NCBI GenBank assembly: GCA_964016885.1
Contig: OZ024746.1
Span: forward strand, 57,970,001-58,034,000
Direction of reading: 5' to 3'
DNA length: 64,000 bases
DNA from: Eledone cirrhosa
Taxonomy: Eukaryota
The position numbers and the translations under genes were made by a program. Position 1 is the first letter of the stretch. Every line of letters begins with the position of its first letter. Positions 41,133 to 56,218 of this stretch are shown here, in pieces. The notes below the pieces were generated by a model, which made no database searches, had not been told where the DNA came from, and saw only the letters and a program-made list of their open reading frames with translations.

Positions 41133-42369
41133 AATTCCATATATGGTCAAAGTGATTGTCAAAAATCAGTAGTAATTCTGTGGTTGCAAATTAGTAGGGG
41201 AGATGGTGGCTAAACCTGCCAGTAGGAGAAGGAGGGGAGGGGCTGGAGTAGACCCAATCAAGCGTTGGTAGTGCCAGCTACAGCTGGGCATGAGGTCAAA
41301 GAAGATACAGGGGAGGGGGAGGGGGAGGAAGTCGTAACGGTAGGTAGAACAATGGGGGGTAGAAATATATAGGAAAGAAAAAATACTGAGAGTGGAGAAA
41401 AGCAAATAAGTGTAAAGAAAAAAGTAAAGTAAATTCTACGACCTAGGTCTCTAGCTATTGTTAGGCTAGAATAAATAAATAAATAAAGAAAGAAAGAAGT
41501 AAAGAAAGAAATAAAGAAATAACGAAATAAGTAAAAGAACTAGGTGGGACGGTATAGGCAAGGACCCTTTTAAGAGGTATAAGTACGTAAATGATACGGT
41601 GACGGGTCAACAAAAGGGGCCAAAATACTAAAGAGACTACCACGAAATAAACAATAAAGGTTTCCATCCCGGCACAATGCCAGCAACCATCCAGTGCAGC
41701 AAAGTGAACTAGTACGAGATAATAATTCTGAGTCCCGAGAAAAATATATACTAATGCTAACTCTAAAAGATCTAAAACAAGCTACATGAAAGTTCGTACG
41801 AAGTAAAGGTAGAATACGGAAAAATAAATTCAGAATCCACCCCGCCCAAAAGAAAAGCGAAGAAAGAAATACTGAAACGAAAAAATAAGGCATAATTGCC
41901 ACTAAGAAATATAGAGGGCACAGAGAATAGTGGGAGCGGTCGGAAAAAGGGGACAAGTATCCGGGGTCTAAACCAACTGCTATAAAGGGCGGAGTCCGCC
42001 AAATCTATCATAGATTAGGGGAGGGGTGGGGGCACTAAGGCTACAAGGGGCCAAAGGGCAGCCTCGGGTTGGCGAGAAAAGACGCCGACAAAGGAGAAGA
42101 GCTGGGGTAGAAGGACTAAGGAGATAGGGGGGGAAGGAAATAAAGGAAGCGATAAAAGAATACAAAGAAGATCTTACGTCTCCCTTGGCAAGCAGGGGTT
42201 ACCCATTGCAAAATCGGCAAGTGGGGTGTAATAGCCCTAGTCTCCCCCCCCCCCCGGGTCATTATGGGGTTTGAGGGCGAGGTAAGTCCTACGAAATCTA
42301 TGTTTACATGCAGTAACCAGTTCATCTTTCTTGTTTAGGAGTTGGTCCGTCGAGAACAGCATACATATA

Positions 42370-42410
<41 letters not shown>

Positions 42411-42411
42411 G

Positions 42412-42703
42412 TATGCTTTGACGTATAGAGTTACGGCCCTTGTCATTCTAAGTTCAAATCCCGCCGAGGTTAACTTTGCCTTTCATCCTTACGGAGTCGA
42501 TAAAATAAAGTACCAGTAATAAACTTGATTATTGCTGGCCTTGTGCCAAGAGGTAGAAACAATTATATTATATTATATTATATTATATGATCTGAGTTCA
42601 AATCACGCCGAGGTTAACTTTGCCTTTCATCCTTCCGGGGTCGATAGAATAAAGTACCATTAATGCATTGGGTAATTGCTGGCCTTGTGCCAGAAGTAGA
42701 AAC

Positions 42704-42710
<7 letters not shown>
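42412..42710 (+). mobile_element. Two 5'-truncated tRNA-derived SINEs
   Basis: SINE core and tail at about 42412-42565 and 42588-42710. Confidence 0.85.
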
Positions 42711-42774
<64 letters not shown>

Positions 42775-42980
42775 ATATATATTAGAAAGTGAGGTTTTTT
42801 TTACAAAATGAAAAATAACCGAGGTGTCCTACACGAGTGAAAGTATAAAGAAAAAAAGACGAAATCGAAAATGCAACTGGATTCTTATTTTTTTTTTTTA
42901 AATATATATATTATTTGGTTCCTTTACCGGTTTCACAGTTCTCCTGCATTTCATAAGTAGAGTTGAGATGGAGGGTCTCT

Positions 42981-43083
<103 letters not shown>

Positions 43084-43121
43084 GAAAATAAAACAAAGAA
43101 GCCTTTCAATACATCAAAAGT

Positions 43122-43175
43122 CTTTATTAGCCAACAATGTTTCGTCCTATTAAGGACTCATCAGGGCAATTAAAA
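43122..43175 (-). ncRNA. Minimal type-I hammerhead ribozyme
   Basis: AATTGCC-CTGATGA-GTCC(ttaata)GGAC-GAAA-C(att)G-TT-GGCTAATAAA. Confidence 0.85.
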
Positions 43176-44084
43176 CAACAAGAAGTATTATCGGCCAATA
43201 CAAACCAGAAACTCCGAAGAATATGGAGTGTAGATACACTAAAGTATTGCAAGATTATGGGTAAAAATATATAATAAAAATCACTAAGGAGGTGTATAAC
43301 ATTTAGAACCATATTACAAATATAGTCCAAAGCAAAAAAGGCCTACAGCTAAGCAAAGGTGGTTATATAGAGCAGGAATTATATATAATACAATATAATA
43401 TAATATAATATACTTTTACCAATATTAAATTTACAATAAATATCAAAAGGTACAATATACATATGTATATATGTACGCACACGTACGCACACATACACAT
43501 ACATCAATACACATATCCATCTTCAACAGCACAAATTAAACCTTATTAAGAGTTTAAATATAAATAAGCATGATAGGAATAAAAATAATAATAATAATAA
43601 TAATACATATACCCAATATACATGAGGTAATAATATGATATTATTATAAGTAGCACATATAATATATAATAAACTATGCAATTATATACTATATAATATC
43701 ATATAATAGAATAGATAATATCCAGTTAATTTACACAAACAATATAGATGTCACAATAATACTATAATAATAATATAATAACATATATAATATACAATAT
43801 ATAATGGCATTCAGGTTAACAAATCAATTCATATAGAGTTACAGAGTAGGTGAGGAAAAACAATACCCAAAATTATGATGGTACAAAAATTATGATGGTA
43901 CAAAAATATAAAACTCTCACATGATACATAAAGTTTAACATATCACAATGTTACATATAATCAACGGTAAGTAATACGGATCGATAATACAATAACAAAA
44001 TACAATATAAAATAATTAACATAATATAGTATATAATTACTTATAATTACAAGGTTGGTAAACAGACATATATGTGGATGAGTG

Positions 44085-44778
44085 AGTAAATAGAATGCAC
44101 AGTAGAATAATATCTAAACATAGAAAGGACCCAGCAGATATGCAAATCAGGGAGGCCAGTGAAATAGAACTTAGAAGGCCAAGACTAAACAGAAAGAATG
44201 AATGGAATAACAACAACACCCAAACAAATAACACTGACCTAATAGAAGTATAAATAAATAAATAAATAGATAAATAAATAAATAAATACATACACAAGCA
44301 CAATAACAACAAACACATATACACACACACTAGTAAAGATAGAATACATTAACCAATACACAGTCACCCAATCACGAACACACATGAAACAAAACACTAT
44401 ACACACACGCAAACACATGCGCAAAGAAGACAAAATAAAATAAACAAACAAACAAATGAATAAATAAATATATAAACAAACTAAATAAAGATTGCGTAGA
44501 CATACAATGTAACGGGAGGAAACAATAGCACCACTGACGATGTTGCAGATGTGCAACGAAAGAACTTTGATAAACTATATATATGTGTTTGTGTCTATAT
44601 TGTATCTGTATTATTTTTGACCGTTGGTCAGTCAATGGCAACATTGAGGACCGAATAAATTAGATTACCGATATAAAAGACACAGAAGCGAAAAGCGAAA
44701 ACCTACCAAACAGTGAGTGTGTACTGTTATTAATTCTGGCAATATTACACAAATATGACCCTCCCCGAGTATACCAAT
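44085..44778 (+). mobile_element. PLE pLTR (family C-related) with HHR at 44530-44572
   Basis: CA-CTGACGA-T-GTTGCA(gatg)TGCAAC-GAAA-GAAC-TT-TG; homologous copy at 46645-47360 with a decayed HHR, and a fragment at 29467-29580. Confidence 0.75.
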
Positions 44779-44805
44779 ATATATATATTTATATATATAG
44801 TTAAG

Positions 44806-44870
<65 letters not shown>

Positions 44871-45864
44871 TAAGTTATTCCGGGTTGAATCGGATGTAAG
44901 CACAGCAAGTAAGGTACTCAATACATAGCAGAGTATAACAGTTTTAATATAGATGACATTCTATATTAAAACACACATATATATATATATATATATGATA
45001 AACAAGAAAACTATAACACTCATCAGCTTTTCATGAGATATAAATGATGTCAATATATACTAAATTATTTATATATATATCACATATATGAGTGTGTTTG
45101 TCCGTGTGTGTGTTACAATGTTAAGATAATTCATGTCTATCACGACTTCCGTTGTTTTGTACAAAGCATAGGAAAATCGTCCATCATGTCTGCTCATTCC
45201 CATCCTCCCTCCATCGGTTCTATTCATTTCCGCACAAAACTTGCCATTCATCACAGTATACATTTATGAAACCTTTGCTCAGTGACTTGGTTTCGTGTTT
45301 AAAAAAATAAAATAAAAAATAACGATTTTATATCTTTCCTTCCTATATTTTTGAATCGTTCTATCCCATCCATTAAGAATAACAAAAAGGTTCACTTCCA
45401 AATCCATTTTCATGATTTTTTTGTCCTTTATGTTTCCTCGAATGTGGTCATACGCAACGTTCTAGGTAAACGTATAGGGACCGGAACTGAAATTTAATTG
45501 CTTTCACCCGTTAAATAATATATCACATTGTTTGAGTATGTGAGAGAGAAAGAAAAAGCGAGAGAAAAGGGGTGGCGTGCTGGTGCTTTTGTGTGTGAGT
45601 GAGTATTTGTTTATGTAGAATCGATATAAATATGGTACAAGAAGCGTCGAAAATTAAACAAATGTGGAAGTTAAAATGAAATACATGGAACTTTAAAAGA
45701 GACGATATGTGCTGGACAAATTATATGTTACAAAAGCGTAAAAACATTGTGAATGAAAATATTTAAGCAGAATGAATAAAACTTGAAATGATTCGATATT
45801 TTCGGGTTAAACAATTTATTGTAATTGCGTAAAGGTAGAAAGTAATAATAAGCCTGCTCACCAG

Positions 45865-46471
<607 letters not shown>

Positions 46472-46644
46472 TGTATATATATTTATTAAAATAACAGTTT
46501 TAAGTTTTCGCAAAGAATCATTGCTTTAACCCTTAACATGATCTTCTGAAACTCTAAGGTTCTTATATATTTGATATATATATCCTTATCGAGCTCTCTT
46601 TGTATTTTAGTCTTCACATTTATTATTACTATATATATATATAA

Positions 46645-47356
46645 CGGCGATGAATTAGTTTTGCGAACATGCCAGACAACAACACGACGGTAACATAGAC
46701 AACATAGAAATTAGAATTATATCTAAACATAGAAATGACCAAGCAGATAGGCAAATCAGAGAGGCCAGTGAAATAGAACTTAGAAGGCCAAGGCTAAACA
46801 GAAAAAATGAATGGAATAACAACACCCAAACAACTCTTATCTAAGAGAAGTATAAATAAATAAATAAATAGATAAATAAATAATTAAATACATACACAAG
46901 CACAATAACAACAAACACTTATAAATACACACTAGTAAAGATAGAATACATTAACCAATACACATCCACCCAATCACGAACACACATCAAACAAAACACT
47001 ATACACACACGCAAACGCATGCGCAAAGAAGACAAAATAAAATAAACAAATAAATATATATATAAACAGACTAAATAAAGATGACGTAGAAAATACAATA
47101 CAACGGGAGGAAACAATAGCTCCACTTACGATGTTGCAGATGTGCAGCAAATGAACTTTGATAAACTATATATATGTGTTTGTGTCTATATTGTATCTGT
47201 ATTTTTGACCGTTTGTCTGTCAATGGCAACATTGAGGACCGAATAAATTAGATTACCGATATAAAAGACACAGAAGCGAAAACCAAACAAACAATGAGTG
47301 TGTTCTGTTATTAATTCTGGCAATATTACACAAATATGACCCTCCCCAAGTATAAC

Positions 47357-47360
<4 letters not shown>
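46645..47360 (+). mobile_element. Second copy of the 44085-44778 pLTR
   Basis: Colinear similarity; HHR core decayed (CTTACGA...CAAA). Confidence 0.7.
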
Positions 47361-47381
<21 letters not shown>

Positions 47382-47387
<6 letters not shown>

Positions 47388-49444
47388 GGGGTGAGTTTTA
47401 TTGTAGTACAATAAAGCAATGCAGATATCGGATAAGAAGCACTCTACAGTTTGTAGGACTGTAGTATACATAATATAAGATCAAAAGATGGTTAAAGGAG
47501 TTCCATGTATTATATTATGCGCATTTCAAAAACAAACATCATCATGCAATAATATTTGTGTTTTCATCAGATAAAACAGGAGAACATGATATGAAGGCTA
47601 AAAAACACTTGTGGATAGTGCAGTTTTAAATCAACATATGAAAAGTGGTTTTAGATTGATGTGTGATATTGGGAAAAATATTTTATTTAGAGAGGGGGGT
47701 GGAAAGGATGAAAAAGGGGAGGAGATGAGAGGGAGAGATGGGTGATAGAGAGAAAGAAAGAGATAGTTTTTATAATTGAGAGGAGATATATTGTTTTACA
47801 TAGAGAGGTTGAAAACCGTTGGAAGATAATGTATAAATTAAAAATTTGAAATTAACGAAGGGAGGATATGTGCGAGGAAAGAATATTTTATTTATGGAGG
47901 GGGGGGGAGGATGAAAAAAGGGGGAGGAGATGAGAGTGAAGGTGGAGAGGGAGAGATGGGTGATAGAGAGAAAGAGATAGTTTTTATAACTGAGAAAAAG
48001 ATATATTGTTTTACATAAATTAAAGGAATTTGAAAATTAACGAAGGGAATTTATGTATGAAGATAGAGAGAAAAAATAATAATTGTGGATGAATATTCTA
48101 ACGTCAAAAAAAGTGTGTGTTGATAAGTATTGTGGCAATTTCAAAATTAACGAAGAGAAAAATTATTAAGGTTTGTGTGTAGAAGGATTTGAGAAAAATA
48201 ATGTGAAGTTAAAGTTTGTATATTGAAGGAATTGATAATATATGCGAATAAAGAGTTAATATGTATTAAGAATGAGTTCATTGATGGGGAGAAAAAAATA
48301 ATAAATTAAGGATGAAATTGAGATTAAAAAGATTTATGATAGAGAGAAAAAATAATAATGATTGCGGATGAATATTCTAACGTCAAAAAAATAAATGTAT
48401 ATGTTATGAAGGATTTTACAAGGTGAAGATAGAATGAGGGTAATGAGTAAACAAGTATTATCTTTCAAATACAAACTTAAAAGAACCAACACTGCTCTCT
48501 CAGAACTCATATGGTCCTTAAAAGACAAAAACATTAAATATACCATCTTTTGGAAGAAGGTTTCTTCTGCATCCTCATACTTGAACAGCTCTCTATCTAA
48601 AATCTGTAATCTCTGCCTAAATGAAAAATTTACCATTATCTCTAACCTAGATTCTATAATAAATAGACGTACAGATTTATTTTCTATATGCCTCCATAAA
48701 TTCCATAGGACTTTTCACAAAGTATACAGTTAATATTCAATTCTTTATCAATTTAGAATCTTTTCTCAAAGGCACACATACATACACCTCTTTAAAATAT
48801 ACCCATCTTCCCACCTTACTTTAAAGGACATTATACACTCTATAATACTTGTTTACTCATTACCCTCATTCTATCTTCACCTTGTAAAATCCTTCATAAC
48901 ATATCCTTTAATTTATGTAAAACAATATATCTTTTTCTCAGTTATAAAAACTATCTCTTTCTCTCTATCACCCATCTATCCCTCTCCACCTTCACTCTCA
49001 TCTCCTCCCCCTTTTTTCACCCCCCCCCCCTCCATAAATAAAATATTCTTTCCTCGCACATATCCTCCCTTCGTTAATTTCAAATTTTTAATTTATACAT
49101 TATCTTCCAACGATTTTCAACCTCTCTATGTAAAACAATATATCTCCTCTCAATTATAAAAACTATCTCTTTCTTTCTCTCTATCACCCATCTCTCCCTC
49201 TCATCTCCTCCCCTTTTTCATCCTTTCCCCCCCCCTCTCTAAATAAAATATTTTTCCCAATATCACACTAAAACCACTTTTCATATGTTGATTTAAAACT
49301 GCACTATCCACAAGTGTTTTTTAGCCTTCATATCATGTTCTCCTGTTTTATCTGATGAAAACACAAATATTATTGCATGATGATGTTTGTTTTTGAAATG
49401 CGCATAATAAAATACATGGAACTCCTTTAACCATCTTTTGATCT

Positions 49445-49452
<8 letters not shown>
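47382..49452. mobile_element. 5'-truncated PLE (family B) with inverted pLTR; HHRs at 47510-47576 (-) and 49346-49412 (+)
   Basis: Long inverted arms around a GIY-YIG C-terminal fragment; (TA)n flanks. Confidence 0.85.
48460..48733 (+). pseudogene. GIY-YIG endonuclease C-terminal fragment
   Basis: TALSELIWSLKDKNIKYTIFW..SY..CNLCLNEK..INRRTDLFSICLH aligns with TTLSGHIWDLKDNNITYDLTW..SY..CNLCSEE..LNKKDELVTACKH of 35137. Confidence 0.85.
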
Positions 49453-49543
<91 letters not shown>

Positions 49544-50982
49544 AAGCGAGGGAGAGTGAAAGAGAGGAGGGTGAGATTAGAGATTAGTCCAATAGTTAAG
49601 GTCTCGGCTCAGGTAAATGCATTTTCCTCTGAGTAAATATTCATCTATTTTCTTCCATCATATTATACCCTGTATTCGATAATGTAATTTTAATGTTTAA
49701 CAGGTTTGTAATACGGAAACAATAACCCTGCACCAAGAATGCCAATTCCCAGTAAATCCTTACATAAAAACACACAAGATGAGAATGATCGGAGCTCTCA
49801 TACCAACCGAGAGGTTAAGCCTTTCTTTAATAGAGAAAATAGACTTAAAACTTTGTTGTTGATTTAGATATTGCAGTCATACATACTCTTCTTGAACAAT
49901 AGACTGGTGTTCATTGTCGATGCCCTATTTATGTGTATCTGGGTTTAAATATCAATGTAACAAATTAATCCCTTTCACCAGAGTATCCTAATACCCTCGG
50001 TCTGCCACTTATACAAAATACCACGTCTGTTATAATTTTCATTATTTTTCTGATCACGATCCGATGTCCAGACGCCACATAAATCCATTAGGTTAAGTTG
50101 TTTACCTCAGAACACTTGATTTTAAATGTATGAACATTTTTATTATACATTTCTAAGATAAATTTCTAATATGTCATGGTTGTGTCAAAATCTCTTTCGA
50201 AAGGAAACATCCTAGATTTGTATTTCTATTACATAACCTATTATTGAAAACCATCTTTTACGCATGTTCCATCTTAACACAACTGGCAAGATATTCAGTT
50301 ACATTAAAGCCTGACAGGAATCCACAGACATTGAATACCGAATCATGGAAGATATGAATTATATGAACTGATATCTCACTTGTAAAGCTTCTCATAACAA
50401 ACAATCTACTCGATCTTACAGATACTCAACCTTCTGGCGTATAGTATTTTTTTTCTTAAATCAATAGTTTTTTGGAATATATATATTTTGTAATTTATCT
50501 CGGAAGATTCCACTTGTATTCTACTGTATTACTACTACTTATGTATCGTCGTTGTGTAATCTAATCTACATTGTATGCACGCGATGTTTAAATAATAAAA
50601 GCCCATTGAAAGTTAAGTTTAATGACACCAATAGTTATTAACCTTCGGCATCTTGCAACGCTTTCACATATCTAAAACCGGAACGTATGTCTATAGCATA
50701 GAAATGGTTTATAGTTACGGTGAGATAACGTTTGCCTGTGTGATTTATAGCCCTCGTAGCCTGTCACTTACTTGTCACTGTATGACTTTCTAACTGATAT
50801 TGTTAATGAATCAGCTGCCTGTGAATGATAGCAAGCTTATTATTAGTGCCATGCTGATATCAACAAGATCTTAACTACTATTACTTCACTTCATCTTAAT
50901 GGCTGTTCAAATATCATTTCAATGTCTCCTGCAGAGGCGATACAATTTTCTGATGATTTCTTTTAAATTTTAACATTGAGTT

Positions 50983-51067
<85 letters not shown>

Positions 51068-51072
<5 letters not shown>

Positions 51073-51489
51073 GGAGGTGAGTTTTATTGTAGTACAATAA
51101 AGCAATGCAGATATCGGATAAGAAGCACTCTACAGTTTGTGGGACTGGAGTATGCATAATATAAGATCAAAAGATGGTTAAAGGAGTTCCATATATTTTC
51201 TTATGCGCATTTCAAAAACAAACATCATCAAGCAATAATATTTGTGTTTTCATCAGATAAAACAGGAGAACATGATATGAAGGCTAAAAAAACACTTGTT
51301 GATAGTGCAGTTTTAAATCAACATATATGTTGATTTAAAACTGCACTATCAACAAGTGTGTTTTTTTAGCCTTCATATCATGTTCTCCTGTTTTATCTGA
51401 TGAAAACACAAATATTATTGCTTGATGATGTTTGTTTTTGAAATGCGCATAATAAAATATATGGAACTCCTTTAACCATCTTTTGATCT

Positions 51490-51497
<8 letters not shown>
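51068..51497. mobile_element. Palindromic family-B pLTR remnant with two HHRs
   Basis: Palindrome centred near 51325; HHRs at 51196-51262 (-) and 51391-51457 (+). Confidence 0.85.
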
Positions 51498-51566
<69 letters not shown>

Positions 51567-52565
51567 TACAAGGATTACTGAATGTTTAGGAAGATCACTT
51601 ATCAATGTTGATGTCTCGGGCTTGATTTCGTATCATGGGCTTTTGAGCAAGTCACTTTATTACAGATTCCAGTTGCCGTTAACTTCGTGTTTGTAAGTTG
51701 GTCGACGGTGAAGGTGCGGACGTTAGTCGTGTTGATTAAAATTGCAATTCAAATGTCCAGTGTTGTCAGTTTGTCACATGTATTACGATTATTCAACATG
51801 GGAAATATGTTAACAGTACAATTATCTATAGAATACTAAACGACCTGCACGTTAATTCATGCTTTGTACGGCCATGCGATCGAACACCTAAATGCTCGTT
51901 GCTGAAAGGCTCGTTTAGGTTTGACAACTAATACAACCCGAACAACACCAACAACATTAAAACCAAAAGCGAAACTAGCACCATTACAAACACCATCATC
52001 AACAAGAAAAATATTATCAACACCTTCAAGAACAACAGTACTAAAAACATCCCCAAGGATAGTATAATCAAACTCCAGTATAACGATGGATCTCCATGTT
52101 CTTTCTTTGCAATTCGCATCCTAACCCTTGTTTATTTTCAATATCTAACCGCACAGACAACACATACAAACACACACAAACGCACACAAACACAAGCTTA
52201 CGCATTGAATATAAACGTAAATGTATTGTATATATACTGATCTCCTGTTTTACAAGATATAATTGTCAGGGTATGTCGGTTAACTTAAACAAACATTGAA
52301 ATTCCAACATTTGAAGCAATAATCCTCTTTTAAGTACAAACATACAATCTCTATTCACTTAATATAGATGGAAATGTCTTTTTGTTAATCCTTAAATATT
52401 TTACAGCTTCCATTCGCGCTAAAGTGATTTATATTGTAAACGTCACTTAAGTGCACATCTATACATCCATAATACACCCGTATGCACAGAGAAACACTCT
52501 CCGACACAAATACACGCACAAACACACATATAAATATATATATATGTATCTATATATATATATCT

Positions 52566-52617
<52 letters not shown>

Positions 52618-52827
52618 AAGTATGTATACGTACATGCATATATGTATACAGACGTACAGTAGTATGTATATATATATACATACATGCACATACTAAGAGT
52701 GAGAAATGAAATTTCGTTTCATTCTTTTACATTTATATATATATAAATACATATATACACCTACATTACACAAGTATATGTACATCGATATATGCATCTC
52801 TATAACCATATGTATGTGCATATGTAT

Positions 52828-52866
<39 letters not shown>

Positions 52867-52907
52867 CATATATATATATGTGTGTGTGTGTGTGTATGTG
52901 TGTGTGT

Positions 52908-52938
<31 letters not shown>

Positions 52939-53388
52939 TGTGTGTGTGTGTATATACATGTATATTTGTGTGTGAGTTTGTGTCTACATTTCACATTCCT
53001 GCAGGTTTCTCTTAAAATTGAATTCCGTTGGCAATCCAAGATTTAGAGAAATGTTTACTGTTTAAATGCGTTAAGTTATATAGCATTAAATTATATTATA
53101 ACATACCTTTCTATTGAAGGAGAATAAAAGAAAGCGCCATCCGATGCAATTTACCACCATCAACAACAACAATAACATCATAAATAATGATACATTAAGA
53201 GGGAAATATAACGTAGATTTTTGAGCACCATCCATTATCAGTAAAATGCATGCCTCTATAAAATTTGGCTTTTAAACATTTAACAATTCAATTTTGCCTA
53301 ATGAAATATCAAGGTTCTCTGATTTTCATTATCAACAAATCTGTTCTTTTAAAACCAGAATTTTTCCGTATATATATATTTATATTTG

Positions 53389-53420
<32 letters not shown>

Positions 53421-53421
53421 G

Positions 53422-53495
<74 letters not shown>

Positions 53496-54169
53496 TTGTG
53501 TATGTTTGTGCGTATCTGTGTGTGAATGTTGATATGTATCTAGCTGTCCAAACGGCCGGAGCTCAGCCAACAGGGTCCTGACTGTTTTCCTAAAGATAAT
53601 ATAATGTAATAATATAATATAATATAATATATGTAGAAGTGAAGGAAATAAATTCACAAGAATTATCTATACATACTTCAGTGAACCCGGTTGCAGTTTT
53701 GTAGTGCAAGGGTAATGTCAGACATCCTAGCAAACCAGGACACCTAACATCGGGAGAACATCACACTTTCAGGGGTTCCCCGCAATAAGCGAAAAATCTT
53801 CAACTTACCAATACATGTGTACTTTACCAAATGAGTAAACGTGGTGAGCGGCGGATATGAAGGAAATTAACATTTAAGAGGTGGCAAGTTAAAAGATGCG
53901 ATAGAAACAGCTCACCTACCACCATATCAGTTTCATACAACGAAAGTATGTATAGAAAAGTTATCAAATATATATATATATATATATATATTTGATAAGT
54001 CTAAGTAGAAGTACCAGCTCCATAGTGTCAATCCCACGGGAATCTACTTCACTTTCCCTGATGATTTTCACGCAATTTTGTACAGCAAAATCCACATCAA
54101 ATGATTGGTCTAGGGATACCATATGTATGCTATCTATTATACAGTCTGTCAGATAGTTTGCGTTCATTA

Positions 54170-54280
54170 TTCCCCCGAGGTTAACTTTGCCTTTCATCAT
54201 TACGGGGTCGATAAAATAAAGTACCAGTAATGCACTGGGTGATTGCTAGCCTTGTGCCAAATGTAGAAACAATTATTTCT
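54170..54280 (+). mobile_element. 5'-truncated SINE
   Basis: GAGGTTAACTTTGCCTTTCATC...GTAGAAACAATTATTTC. Confidence 0.8.
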
Positions 54281-54553
54281 GCTGAGCTGTTGCTCCGTAC
54301 TGCTTCATATGTCTGGGACATTTAAATTATGAGTCGTATGGTCATAGAAAGGAAATAGGAGAGCATGTGTTTGCTGTTACTATTGGCTCCATAGACTAAC
54401 CGTGCTTGTGGTTCAATAAACTGGATCACTATTTGTCGTAAGGTATTTCGGAAATCCTTTCTCTTCCCTCTGTCATTGTTATTTTCTAACTAGTTCTGTG
54501 CGTGTGTGTGGTGTGTGTGTGTGTGTGGGGGGGGGGGGGGGTTGTGTTTGCTT

Positions 54554-54593
<40 letters not shown>

Positions 54594-55314
54594 CTGTGTG
54601 TGTATATGTGTGTGTATCGGCCCGGCTACATAGACTAGTGGCAGATTCTGCTGCTTTGTTTTCGTCATCATCATTTTTATTGTTTTTGATTGAGTTGTAA
54701 TGTGGGTTATTGGCGTGGATGGCATATTGTTGTTTGTGTTGTTGCTGCTGCTAGTTTGGCTCCAGTGGTCCTGGATAGCAGGGCTTGTTTTATTTTTGCA
54801 GTTTGTGTTGCTGTTCTTTTATTTTTGTTTCTAAGTATTCATCAATATTTTGTAATATATTTGTCTATCTCAGATAGACATTCTAACATATTTAGATTCC
54901 TATATATGGAATAATTTATTGAAAACTTTAAGACAGACCTTTCGCCTGAATCTACTGTGGCCCTTTAATATATATTTGTGTTGTTAGTACTGAACACATC
55001 TATCAATAGCAGATCCGCCATGGTTACCTCATCGATCTCATCTAGGTATTTCTGCTTCTCTCCTGGAGACTCTTGCCTTAGTTACATTTGTTTTAACCAT
55101 GCTAATGTCTCGTTAAAGTGTTTAGAAATGCGCATGTCATAGCCTCAATGTAAGTTATAGTATTATTAACCAAACGTCACCCCGCAATAAAATTGGTGTA
55201 TTACTCATGATGTTAATGGAAAATAGCATAGCTATTAGCGTTATAAGTATATTTCAGTCCGGTATCTGTTAATTTAATTTCTTGAATATGAAAGGAAAAC
55301 TAAACAAGATATAA

Positions 55315-56012
<698 letters not shown>

Positions 56013-56171
56013 TAACTTCTGGTGGTAATCTATATTACCCTTGATGAAAATAGCTGAAGGGATATATTATCTTCACACTATGTTTTCAGATATGCTTGGC
56101 TGAAATAGACATTTAAAGATCTGAGCAACAGTAAACACGCACCCCCCACATACACATACATGCACATACAC

Positions 56172-56218
<47 letters not shown>

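Larger units (their letters stand above)
33853..42360 (-). mobile_element. Tandem Penelope-like element array (pLTR-ORF-pLTR-ORF-pLTR), period about 3545-3548 bp
   Basis: Direct repeats of near-identical units; both ends sit in (TA)n. The clade may be Nematis-like (uncertain). Confidence 0.93.

Noticed and set aside
34073-42446. Small ORFs inside the pLTRs and antisense to the RT
   Set aside because: Low-complexity UTR or shadow frames; their reading frames shift between copies.
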